Origin: Elusimicrobiota bacterium
GTDB taxonomy: Bacteria; Elusimicrobiota; Elusimicrobia; UBA1565
NCBI GenBank assembly: GCA_043827405.1
Contig: JBDRPD010000083.1
Location: forward strand, 1 to 64,000
Length of the DNA: 64,000 nucleotides
Direction of reading: 5' to 3'
The notes beneath the pieces are model-generated. The model saw only the letters and a program-made list of their open reading frames with translations. It was not told where the DNA came from and searched no databases. Positions 29,148 through 38,053 of this stretch are shown here, piece after piece. Both the position numbers and the translations under genes were made by a program. The stretch's first letter is position 1. The number at the start of each line of letters is the position of its first letter.

Positions 29148-30182
29148 ATGTATCTGCGACATAACGATATGCCGGACATCGTCCGGCTTGAATTGACGAA
29201 CACCTGCAATATGTCGTGCCCTCACTGCCGGCATCATAGCCCGGAAAAGAGGAGGCCGGAGAACTACGCCGAGTACTACAAAAACCAAACGAACATGACG
29301 GAGGAACAGGTGGGGGCGATCTTCGATGAGATCGGGCCGCACAAGCCTTCGATGACGCTCAATGTGGCCAATGAGCCGCTTATCGCGCCGGCCTTCCCGT
29401 TCGCGGTGCGCAAGGTTCGGGAGCACGGGATCGCGGGAACCTTCAACACCAACGGGATCGCGCTGACGGAGAAGATCGCCCGTCTTCTCGTGGATGTCGA
29501 ATTCGACTCGATCAATATTAGCGTCGACGCCCTGACTCCGGAGACTCTAAAAAAGGCGCGCGGCATCACGGCGCTGGATAAGCTGGTGCGGAACGTCGAA
29601 ATGCTGGTAGAAATCCGCGGCGGCAAGCGCTTTCCCCGCATCGGAGTGACCTTCGTGGAGATGGACTACAACGTCCATGAAATACCGGAGTTTCTGGAGT
29701 TCTGGAAGAAGCGCGTCGATGTGATCCGAATCACTGGCTACATCTCCGACAATAAGCCGGATGTCAAGAAGTTCCCGACAGGACGCAAGGAGGGGTTGCC
29801 GGATCGAGTGCCGTGCAAGCAGCTGTTTCGCGATATCGTCATCCGCGCCAACGGCGACGTGACTCCGTGCGTGATTACTTCAGAAAACCCTGATCCGGTG
29901 CTCAGTGTCGGCAATATATTCAAGGATGGCGGCATCCGCGCGGTGTGGAACGGCCGCGCCATGCAGAAGCTGCGTGACATGCACAACAGCGGGAAATGGG
30001 AAGATATTTCATACTGTGCGCCGTGCGACTACTGGGTGGAGACCTTTGAGATGAAGGAGGAGCGGCGGGACGGCTTCTTTATCCGAACGCCCTCGCCCTA
30101 CACCGCGTTCTATAACGTCGAGGAGAGAATGGCGAACTGGAACAAGAAGCTTCTCGACCGGCAAGGGATGGGCGAACTTTGA
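29148..30182 (+). CDS. Radical SAM protein with SPASM/twitch domain
   Basis: CNMSCPHC, TNG, PC...GDVTPC...GNI...CAPC; SD GAGGAG before ATG 29148. Confidence 0.88.
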   Translation: MYLRHNDMPDIVRLELTNTCNMSCPHCRHHSPEKRRPENYAEYYKNQTNMTEEQVGAIFDEIGPHKPSMTLNVANEPLIAPAFPFAVRKVREHGIAGTFNTNGIALTEKIARLLVDVEFDSINISVDALTPETLKKARGITALDKLVRNVEMLVEIRGGKRFPRIGVTFVEMDYNVHEIPEFLEFWKKRVDVIRITGYISDNKPDVKKFPTGRKEGLPDRVPCKQLFRDIVIRANGDVTPCVITSENPDPVLSVGNIFKDGGIRAVWNGRAMQKLRDMHNSGKWEDISYCAPCDYWVETFEMKEERRDGFFIRTPSPYTAFYNVEERMANWNKKLLDRQGMGEL

Positions 30183-31084
30183 GCTTCCAGCTGAGCCGGG
30201 TCCTGCTGCTGGGGCATAGCGGCTTTATCGGTTCCGCGCTGGCGCGGCGGCTTCATGAAAGCCGGCCGGGGATTGAGGTCGTCGGTCTGTCCTACCCGCC
30301 CTTCGACCTGACAGCACAGGAGCGGATAGCGGAGCTGCGGGAGGAACTGCGGCCGGGAACTGCCGTGGTCATGTTGTCGGCGGTCAAGCGGCAGAGCGGC
30401 GACACGCTGGAGAACTACCTGCAGAACCAGATGATGGTGGTTAATTTGTGCCGGGCGCTGGAGGGACGCAGCTCCGTGCGCGTCGTATTCTTCAGCTCGA
30501 CCGCGGTTTACGGCGAGGATGTGCACAATACCGAAATCACCGAGGCGACGCCGGTCCGTCCGCGCTCCTATTATGGGATGGCGAAGTACTCCGGGGAGCG
30601 GATTCTCGCCAAGGCGTTCCAATCCGACAACGGGCGCGGGCTCGTCCTGCTGCGGCCCGCCACCGTCTATGGCGCCGGTGAACCCGGCACGGGTTATACG
30701 CCCACGGGCTTTCTGCGCAAGATGCGCGGTGGAGAGCGTCTGACACTGTGGGGCGACGGCAGCGAGTTGCGCGAGTTTATATATATCGATGATCTGACCG
30801 CGCTGACCGAGCGCCTGATCTTCAGCGACTTCTCCGGGGTGGTCAATATCGTTAGCGGCCGGAGCCGCACCTTCCAGGAGATCGCCGCGGCCGCTGTGCA
30901 GCTCGTCGGGGGAGGAGAAGCTCCCGACCGCAAGCCGAGGAGCAAGGATAAAGTTGACAACTGCTTCGTTCCCACTTATGTGCCGCGGCTTTTCCCTGAA
31001 TTCACGTTCACTAGTATCGAGGACGGGATGCGGCGGATCAACGAGCTGGAAGCGGCTGCAGCTTCCGCCGGTGGCGTGAAATGA
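30179..31084 (+). CDS. NAD-dependent epimerase/dehydratase/ketoreductase
   Basis: GHSGFIG, SSTAVYG, YGMAK, GDGSELREFIYIDD. Confidence 0.88.
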   Translation: MSFQLSRVLLLGHSGFIGSALARRLHESRPGIEVVGLSYPPFDLTAQERIAELREELRPGTAVVMLSAVKRQSGDTLENYLQNQMMVVNLCRALEGRSSVRVVFFSSTAVYGEDVHNTEITEATPVRPRSYYGMAKYSGERILAKAFQSDNGRGLVLLRPATVYGAGEPGTGYTPTGFLRKMRGGERLTLWGDGSELREFIYIDDLTALTERLIFSDFSGVVNIVSGRSRTFQEIAAAAVQLVGGGEAPDRKPRSKDKVDNCFVPTYVPRLFPEFTFTSIEDGMRRINELEAAAASAGGVK

Positions 31085-32286
31085 GCTGTCGGCAATGCGG
31101 TAAGACTGAGTTGGAGGAGCTCATTCAATGCGGCCCCCAGCCTATAGGCAATAGGTTCCTGGAATCGCGCGAACTAGAGGAATATCTTCATCCGCTTACG
31201 CTCGGCCAGTGCTCCGGTTGTGGAATTGTTCAGCTGACTGAGTCGCCCCCCGCCGAGGAGCTGCGCCCCCGGCTGGATTGGATTACCTACAGCGAGCCCG
31301 AGGCGCATCTGGACGCGCTGGCTGACAGGATCGCGGCGTTGGAGGGGCTGCCCGACGGCGCCGTTATCTGCGGTGTCAGCTTCAAGGATGATTCCATGCT
31401 GCGGCGCATGCGCGAGAGGGGATGCGGCGCTACCTGGCGCGTCGACATCGAGCGGGATCTGGGAGTCGCGGGCGCGGGTGCCGGGGTAGAGACCGTCCAG
31501 GCTCGCTTGACGCGGGGCAGGGCTGCAGCGCTGGCGCGGGAGCACGGCCCGGCGGATGTGGTCATCGCGCGGCATATTCTTGAGCACGCCTTCGATCCGC
31601 GAGAGTTCCTGGCGGCGGTTCGGTGTCTCGGCAAGCCTGGCGCGTATGTGGTATTCGAGGTTCCGGATTGCTCAGCGTCGATCGAGCGGCTGGATTACTG
31701 CGTTATCTGGGAGGAGCACGTGGTGTATTTCTCGCCGGAAACCTTTCGCGACTGCCTGCGTCGCGCCGGCTTAGTACCGGTGTATTTCGACATGGTGCCG
31801 TACCCGATGGAGAATTCGCTTATCGGCATCGGCCGCGCCGGCGCCGGCGGCAGCGGCTCCGGGGAGGATATGTCCGCGAAGGTTTTGGAAGCCGAGCTGC
31901 GTCGGGGCCGGGCTTTCGCCGACGGCTTCCCCCGTCGTCGGGACGCGCTGCGCGGTCGGCTCGCCGCGCACGCGGAGAAAAACGAGAAGATCGCGCTTTT
32001 CGGCGCCGGACATCTGGCCTGCACCTTCGTCAGCCTGCTGGGTCTGGGTAAATACATCGAGTTTGTGGCCGACGATCATCCGTACAAGAAGGGGATGTTC
32101 ATGCCGGGCTCGAAGCTGCCGATTATGGGCTCCATGGCGCTGCTGGACCGCGGCGTCCGTCTTTGCCTGCTTAGTCTTAACCCGAATAATGAGGAGGCGG
32201 TGATAAGCAACAACCGCGAATTTGTTGACCGGGGGGGAGAGTTCTTTTCGATCTTTCCGGCCAGCAAGCGCGCGCTGAAACCCTGA
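31081..32286 (+). CDS. C-methyltransferase-family protein with a degenerate SAM motif
   Basis: CRQC...CSGC, RHILEH, EEHVVYF, FGAGH; motif I reads GVSFKDDS. Confidence 0.8.
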   Translation: MSCRQCGKTELEELIQCGPQPIGNRFLESRELEEYLHPLTLGQCSGCGIVQLTESPPAEELRPRLDWITYSEPEAHLDALADRIAALEGLPDGAVICGVSFKDDSMLRRMRERGCGATWRVDIERDLGVAGAGAGVETVQARLTRGRAAALAREHGPADVVIARHILEHAFDPREFLAAVRCLGKPGAYVVFEVPDCSASIERLDYCVIWEEHVVYFSPETFRDCLRRAGLVPVYFDMVPYPMENSLIGIGRAGAGGSGSGEDMSAKVLEAELRRGRAFADGFPRRRDALRGRLAAHAEKNEKIALFGAGHLACTFVSLLGLGKYIEFVADDHPYKKGMFMPGSKLPIMGSMALLDRGVRLCLLSLNPNNEEAVISNNREFVDRGGEFFSIFPASKRALKP

Positions 32287-32291
32287 CCCGT

Positions 32292-34070
32292 ATGCGAGCC
32301 TTTAGATTTATCCGCGAGATCTATAATAAATTTCCCGTCCTGCTTGTCGCCTGTATATCCCTCTGGGTTATGGTCGGCGTTTTCGAGGCGGCCGCCATCT
32401 TTTCGGTCGCTCCGGTAGTCGATTTGCTTATTCATCCGGAGTTGGAAGGCGCGAGTCCCCTAACTGTGAGTCTGGTCGGTATTCTTGAGCGAGTCGGGCT
32501 GTCCGCTACGCTGGCGACGGTGCTGGGTGTTTTCGTCGTCTTTAGCTTGTTTAAGAGCCTTTTTCAGCTCTTCGCCCGGCATCTTATCCTGCGCGCGAAA
32601 TACGCGGTCCAGCAGGATTTGATAGTCGGGACGTTTCACGATTTTTTCCATGCCCGCTGGCACTTCTTCGCCAGTGATCGGCAGGGCAAGCTGCTCAACA
32701 CCTTCATCCGTGAGATGGGCGTCGTCGGTAACGCTTTCGGTGCGATGGCATTGTTCTTCGCGGCGCTGCTGCAGCTCGTTATGTATATGGCCGTTCCGCT
32801 GTACTTATCGTGGAGGATCACCGCGGTCAGCACCGCCGCGACGCTGATCTTCGGGGCGCCTTTTTTGCTTTTGGGCGGCATCAGCTACCGCCTGGGTAAG
32901 CGCAATACATCCACCGCCAATGATCTGTCTTCGGTCATTAGCGAGAGTTTAAGCGCGGTGAAGATCATCCTCGGCTTCGGCAATCCCGACAAGAACGTCG
33001 AAATGGTCGACCGGACCTACGACGCGCACCGCCGAGTGACTCTCATTTCCCAGACCCTGGACGTGGGGATTCCGATCCTGTACCTTCCCATCGGGCTGTC
33101 CATTATGGCGGTCGCCCTCATCGCCGGCAGGCGCTGGGGGGTGCCGCTGGCCGAATCGGCCGCCGTTTTGTATTCCTTGCTGCGGATGGTCCCTGTTATT
33201 GGCCAGGTTCTGCAGCAGAAGACCTCCCTTGATAATTTTTTTCCCAGCTACGAGCAGGTCTTAAGCTTGCGCCGGCGAGCCACAGAACTGCGCCAGGAAT
33301 CAGGCGCGCGGCTCTTCATCGGGATGAACAGCGAGATTCGACTGCATGGCGTGAGCTTCGCCCACCCCGGGAATGAGCCCATCCTGCGCGGCATCGATCT
33401 CGTGGTTCCTAAAGAAAAAATGATCGCCATCGTCGGTGAATCCGGCGCCGGCAAATCATCCCTGATCGATCTGATCATGGGCTTCCACCCCCCGACCGCG
33501 GGAAAAATAACGGTAGACGGGACGCCGCTGCCCGCGTTCGATATCTACTCGTACCGGCGGCGGATCGGTTATGTGCCGCAGGAAAGCGTCCTGTTTAATA
33601 TGAGCATCCGCGACAATCTGCAGTGGGCCAAGGAAGACGCGTCGCAGGAGGAGATCGAGAAGGCCTGCCAGCAGGCGAACGCCGCCGGCTTCATTAAGGA
33701 TCTGCCGGAAGGCTATGCTACCATCGTCGGCGACCGCGGTGTCCGGCTCTCGGGCGGGCAGGTCCAGCGCGTGGCGTTGGCCCGGGCGATACTGCGCAAG
33801 CCGGATCTGCTGATCCTCGATGAGGCGACAAGCGCTCTGGATACGAAGTCCGAGCGCATGATTCAGCAGTCGATCGAGGAGTTGGCCAAGAAAACCACTC
33901 TTATTGTGGTGGCGCACCGGCTGTCGACCATTGTCCAGGCGGATTATATTTACGTCCTGGGCAAGAGCGGCTTGGTTGAGGAAGGGAGCTACGCCGAGCT
34001 GATGGCCAAGAAGGGGCTTTTCGCGCGCATGGCGGAATACCAGGAGCTCAGCGATCCGCAGGCCGCTTAG
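32292..34070 (+). CDS. ABC transporter, fused permease/ATPase (MsbA/PglK-like flippase)
   Basis: N-terminal TM domain, Walker A GESGAGKS, LSGGQ, ILDEATSALD, AHRLST. Confidence 0.92.
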   Translation: MRAFRFIREIYNKFPVLLVACISLWVMVGVFEAAAIFSVAPVVDLLIHPELEGASPLTVSLVGILERVGLSATLATVLGVFVVFSLFKSLFQLFARHLILRAKYAVQQDLIVGTFHDFFHARWHFFASDRQGKLLNTFIREMGVVGNAFGAMALFFAALLQLVMYMAVPLYLSWRITAVSTAATLIFGAPFLLLGGISYRLGKRNTSTANDLSSVISESLSAVKIILGFGNPDKNVEMVDRTYDAHRRVTLISQTLDVGIPILYLPIGLSIMAVALIAGRRWGVPLAESAAVLYSLLRMVPVIGQVLQQKTSLDNFFPSYEQVLSLRRRATELRQESGARLFIGMNSEIRLHGVSFAHPGNEPILRGIDLVVPKEKMIAIVGESGAGKSSLIDLIMGFHPPTAGKITVDGTPLPAFDIYSYRRRIGYVPQESVLFNMSIRDNLQWAKEDASQEEIEKACQQANAAGFIKDLPEGYATIVGDRGVRLSGGQVQRVALARAILRKPDLLILDEATSALDTKSERMIQQSIEELAKKTTLIVVAHRLSTIVQADYIYVLGKSGLVEEGSYAELMAKKGLFARMAEYQELSDPQAA

Positions 34071-35739
34071 CGGCGGCGGGTTTTAAGCGCACAACTCGTC
34101 CGTAGTTCGGTAGCATCGTCACTTCGGCTCCGAGTTCGATTAGGTGGTCTATGTATGGCCGGATGTGGCCGTCGTAACGTAGGCGCAGATTCGTCGCGCT
34201 GCCGATGATTTCCACCATGGCCTGTGATTCGAATACGCAGTCAATGCGCTCGGGGCGCAGCCCGGCATAGCCGGGATCGCCCAAATGTCCGAACGGCGGG
34301 ATTTCCCAGGGATCGTACAGGCGCTCGATCGGCACGTCGAGGAAGGCGCCGAAGAAGAGGATTTCCTGCGATAGGATTCCCCCGCATCCGTGCGCCAGGC
34401 GCCGCAGTTCCTGGTACGGGATGTTCCTGGAGCTCGGCTTCTTCCGAATGACGGTGAGGCTGCCGGGGTCGCGCACGGCCTCCTGCGCGATGGCGGGCCA
34501 GCGCAGTCCGCCGTCAGACAGCAGCAGCAGGCTGAGCGGCATTGCGGCCGCCGCGCCCAAGCGGCTTCCTTTCGCGTGCAGCTTGTCCCGCAGTCGCGCA
34601 CCCAGCGAGGCCGCGATGGCGATCAGCACCGGGATCCAGGGGATGAAGTAGCGCGTTTTGGCCAGCACGAGCGCGGTCGTCGAGATCACCGCCACGCAGC
34701 CGGTGTAGAATAGGAATTCGTCCGGTGACCAGGTGCGCCAGGCAAAAAGGGTGAAGGTGAAAAGGACGAGAAAGGCGGCGGCGTGGGCATGCGGAACAAA
34801 GCCGAGCAGCTTGGGGAGCATCGTGATGAGTACGGAGTGGTAGGGCAGCTCCAATAGATTGCGCCATATCTGGCGGATAACGAATTTAGGATTGGCCTGT
34901 ACGGCGGCCGGCAGAGTCTCAGCTCCGGCAAACAGCTCCTGGTTGGTGAAGTAGAAGTCATGTCCTTCGAACGTGCCGTAGCGCGATTCGATATATTTCC
35001 AGTTTTGTCCTTGAATAAATGCCGCGTTCGTCAGGCCGTGCGCGGCTCCCGGCATCCATCTGGCTGTCGCGAACTGCGCGTTGTTCCAGCGATGAGTGGA
35101 GGGGGAAGCGCTAAGCGCGACGGCCAGGAGCAGCGCCAGTCCAAGCGGCAAGTCTTCGCGCCGGGGGAGTAGGTTTTTCAGCCGGTGCTGACGCCAAAGG
35201 CGGTAGAGGTCGAGCATTATGAACAGTAGTATGAGCAGAATGAATGTGGTGCGCAGGAGGGCGGCGCCAACAAGCAAAGCGTAGGACCAGGACCCCGGTC
35301 CGCGTGTGTCCTTGCCGCGCAGCACCAGCGCGAGGCAGCAGAGCGCAAGGCACAGCGGCTGCGTCGGCGGAGGCGACGCAGCGATAAACGGGAGCCAGAG
35401 TACCGCGGCGAATACCGCCATTTTCCCGCCGACGAACCGGCGGGCAAAAAGCGCTATTGCGCCGCCGGCCAGCGTCAGGGTGACGATGCGCTCGAGCAGG
35501 TATCCGAAGGGAAAGCCGAGTCCCCAAAACGGCAGTAGATAGAGAACGTACAGCGGGCTGCGTCCCGGGTTAACCATGCCGCCCGTTTCCCACAGCACGC
35601 GCGCGAAAAACCAGTAGCCTCGCGCCTCATTCCCCGGGTCCCGAATGAGCGGTATGGCCAGCATCGCGAGCAGGGCGATGGCACCCAAAGCCGGCAGGCC
35701 GTGCCGCCGGTTCAATCGTCGCGGCAAAAGCGCCTCCAT
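34048..35739 (-). CDS. Polytopic membrane protein, probable GT-C-fold glycosyltransferase
   Basis: Many hydrophobic helices, RSPLY early loop, KTRYFIPWIP late motif; start taken as ATG 35739. Confidence 0.6.
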   Translation of the reverse strand: MEALLPRRLNRRHGLPALGAIALLAMLAIPLIRDPGNEARGYWFFARVLWETGGMVNPGRSPLYVLYLLPFWGLGFPFGYLLERIVTLTLAGGAIALFARRFVGGKMAVFAAVLWLPFIAASPPPTQPLCLALCCLALVLRGKDTRGPGSWSYALLVGAALLRTTFILLILLFIMLDLYRLWRQHRLKNLLPRREDLPLGLALLLAVALSASPSTHRWNNAQFATARWMPGAAHGLTNAAFIQGQNWKYIESRYGTFEGHDFYFTNQELFAGAETLPAAVQANPKFVIRQIWRNLLELPYHSVLITMLPKLLGFVPHAHAAAFLVLFTFTLFAWRTWSPDEFLFYTGCVAVISTTALVLAKTRYFIPWIPVLIAIAASLGARLRDKLHAKGSRLGAAAAMPLSLLLLSDGGLRWPAIAQEAVRDPGSLTVIRKKPSSRNIPYQELRRLAHGCGGILSQEILFFGAFLDVPIERLYDPWEIPPFGHLGDPGYAGLRPERIDCVFESQAMVEIIGSATNLRLRYDGHIRPYIDHLIELGAEVTMLPNYGRVVRLKPAAAKRPADR

Positions 35740-36578
35740 TTTATCTTCGATTCCGGCATCTCCGGGGGCCGGTGTGCGCTCTTTTCTCCGATCAAGCGGT
35801 CGATCTGATCTGGAAATATCGGCGCAGCGCCGCAAGCGGCCGCGAGGCGCACGAATGCGGCCAATAACGGCAGCCAAATGGGGATCGGGACGGCCCCCCA
35901 GCGCTGGGAAATCCGTCGAGCCAAGGCGGCGCCGTCGAACTCCTCGGGGCCGCAGATTTCATGGATATGCTCGCCATCCTCAGGGTGAGTCATTATACGG
36001 GTGCAGATCTCCGCGAAATCATCCGCATGGACCGGAGCAAAACGGATATTCCGGTGCCCGAGCAGCATCGGCACGATTCGCCACTTGCGCGCCAATGCCA
36101 CCAAGCGGTCCACACCCTCCGTGCCGTCCGCCGCGTAAACTTCAGCCGGTCGCAGGATGGTCAGGCTCCTCCAGGAAAGTCGTCTGAGCGAGTCCTCGGC
36201 TTGCCGCTTCGAATCGCCGTACGCTCCTGAGCCGCGGCCGATGCAGCGCGTACTGAGGTAAAGCATACGCTCACAGCCGGCGCCTTGGACGGCGGCGGCC
36301 AGCCGTTCGGTTCCCCGCAGGTTCACCTCGGTGTAGGCGGTAAAGTCCGCGGCATGTGTTATCCCCGCGAAGTGAACGCAGCGTTGCGGACGCAGACCGC
36401 GAGGAAGGAGGGGGCGGCGGCGTAGATCGAGAGGAAAGGACTTTACTTGCGGATGGCTCAGCGGCGGAGGATGGCGATGCACGCCGCACCAAATGCGAAC
36501 ATCCGGCACGCGCTCAAGGTAGCGGCTCAGCACCTGCGCCCCGAGCTTTGAAGAGGCTCCTGTCCAAACTATATCCAT
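35712..36578 (-). CDS. Atypical SDR / NAD(P)-dependent epimerase
   Basis: TGASSKLG, VNLRGT, YGDSK, LRPAEVY, PVHADD. Confidence 0.82.
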   Translation of the reverse strand: MDIVWTGASSKLGAQVLSRYLERVPDVRIWCGVHRHPPPLSHPQVKSFPLDLRRRPLLPRGLRPQRCVHFAGITHAADFTAYTEVNLRGTERLAAAVQGAGCERMLYLSTRCIGRGSGAYGDSKRQAEDSLRRLSWRSLTILRPAEVYAADGTEGVDRLVALARKWRIVPMLLGHRNIRFAPVHADDFAEICTRIMTHPEDGEHIHEICGPEEFDGAALARRISQRWGAVPIPIWLPLLAAFVRLAAACGAAPIFPDQIDRLIGEKSAHRPPEMPESKIKWRRFCRDD

Positions 36579-36633
36579 AATCCGAACATGCTCCCTGACG
36601 GGCGCTGCGGCAGGATATAGTACGATATCTGCT

Positions 36634-37404
36634 GTGAATAAAGATGTCGATGGGCCGGTGCCGTTTCTCTCGTTAGTCGTCCTTTGTTACCGCAGCGAGG
36701 AGTCCGTTGTCCCATTTGTTGAGCGCATCGTAAAGATGCTCTCGTTCTGCAATTTTACCTACGAATTGATCTTGGTCGGGAATTACCTTGAGGGCAGCGA
36801 CGATCGCACCCCCGAGGTCGTTCGTGATCTCGCCAACCATTTCGCGCAGGTGCGCGCGATCACGCTACCGAAATCGGGCATGATGGGCTGGGACATGCGT
36901 TCCGGTATGGATGCCGCGCGCGGGAAGTATGTGTGTATTATCGACGGGGACGGGCAGTTCCCCCTTGAATCCGTCCTCACCTGCCTGATTAAGATCGACA
37001 CAGAAAACTACGACCTAGTAAAAACATACCGCGTGCGCCGCGAAGACGGGCTGTATCGCAGGATCATCTCAACCGTATACAACGCGATCTTTCGGCTGCT
37101 GTTTAAGACTAACTACTACGACGTTAACTCGAAGCCTAAAATTATTCGCCGGGAGCAATACGTGGATCTCGCGCTGCAGTCGGATGATTGGTTTACCGAC
37201 GCTGAAATTATGATCCGTGCGACGGAGATCGGCTTGCGCGTCGCTGAAATTCCGATCCATTTCTACCGTATTGAAGAGCGCTCCTCGTTCGTCAGGCCAA
37301 GCGCCATATTTGAGTTCCTGAAGAATTTGTGGGATTATCGTTTTCGTCGGCCGCCGGCGCGCTCAGGCGCGCGCGGCGACAAAATATTGGGCGCCAAGCG
37401 GTAG
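36634..37404 (+). CDS. GT2 glycosyltransferase (polyprenol-phosphate glycosyltransferase-like)
   Basis: LSLVVLCY, SDDRT, IDGDGQF DxD motif, RREDGLYR, DAEIM. Confidence 0.88.
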   Translation: MNKDVDGPVPFLSLVVLCYRSEESVVPFVERIVKMLSFCNFTYELILVGNYLEGSDDRTPEVVRDLANHFAQVRAITLPKSGMMGWDMRSGMDAARGKYVCIIDGDGQFPLESVLTCLIKIDTENYDLVKTYRVRREDGLYRRIISTVYNAIFRLLFKTNYYDVNSKPKIIRREQYVDLALQSDDWFTDAEIMIRATEIGLRVAEIPIHFYRIEERSSFVRPSAIFEFLKNLWDYRFRRPPARSGARGDKILGAKR

Positions 37405-38049
37405 CCTGCGCAGGCCGTGTTCGATAATTTCAAAGAGCCTGCCGCGCCAGGGGAAGAACAGGAAGTACGCGCGGTCGATCAGCGACAGGCCCGCCGCACG
37501 GAACAGGTCCCGCACCTCCGTCATCCTGAGCAGGATCGCATCCTCATCGAATGGGCAGGCTTGCACGACCTTGGCGGTTATGGGGTTGAGCGGGTTGTGC
37601 TCAAAAATCAAAATCAGCCCGCCAGGACGAACCGCCCGGCGCATTTCCCGTATAGCGGCCAGCCGCGCCTTCGGCGCGATGTGGTGCAGCACGTTGATCG
37701 CGAATATTAGATCGAATGTCGCGTCGGGAAACGGGATGGAACTCCCGTCGTAGCACCGGTAATCCACGGACGGGTTCGTTGCGGCCGCCACCTCGATGAC
37801 GCCGGGGGCGACGTCTACTCCATGCAGCATTTTTATGCTTGCCGCGACGTACGTGTCGGTAGCGCCGATTCCACAACCGAGGTCGAGCGCGCGGAGGTCC
37901 TTGACTGAGCCGAAGAATTTACGCGCTTCGTTGATGAGAATCCGCGCCTTCATTTCGGTAAAAAAGGAGGAGTCTTGACCGCTGAAGGCGATTTGCTCGT
38001 CGAGCGTCCGGCGATAATTGTCTTTGAAGTGGTCGAAATCGGTGGACAT
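37363..38049 (-). CDS. Class I SAM-dependent methyltransferase
   Basis: LDLGCGIG, NVLHH, FEHNPLNP. Confidence 0.9.
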   Translation of the reverse strand: MSTDFDHFKDNYRRTLDEQIAFSGQDSSFFTEMKARILINEARKFFGSVKDLRALDLGCGIGATDTYVAASIKMLHGVDVAPGVIEVAAATNPSVDYRCYDGSSIPFPDATFDLIFAINVLHHIAPKARLAAIREMRRAVRPGGLILIFEHNPLNPITAKVVQACPFDEDAILLRMTEVRDLFRAAGLSLIDRAYFLFFPWRGRLFEIIEHGLRRLPLGAQYFVAARA

Positions 38050-38053
38050 CGGG

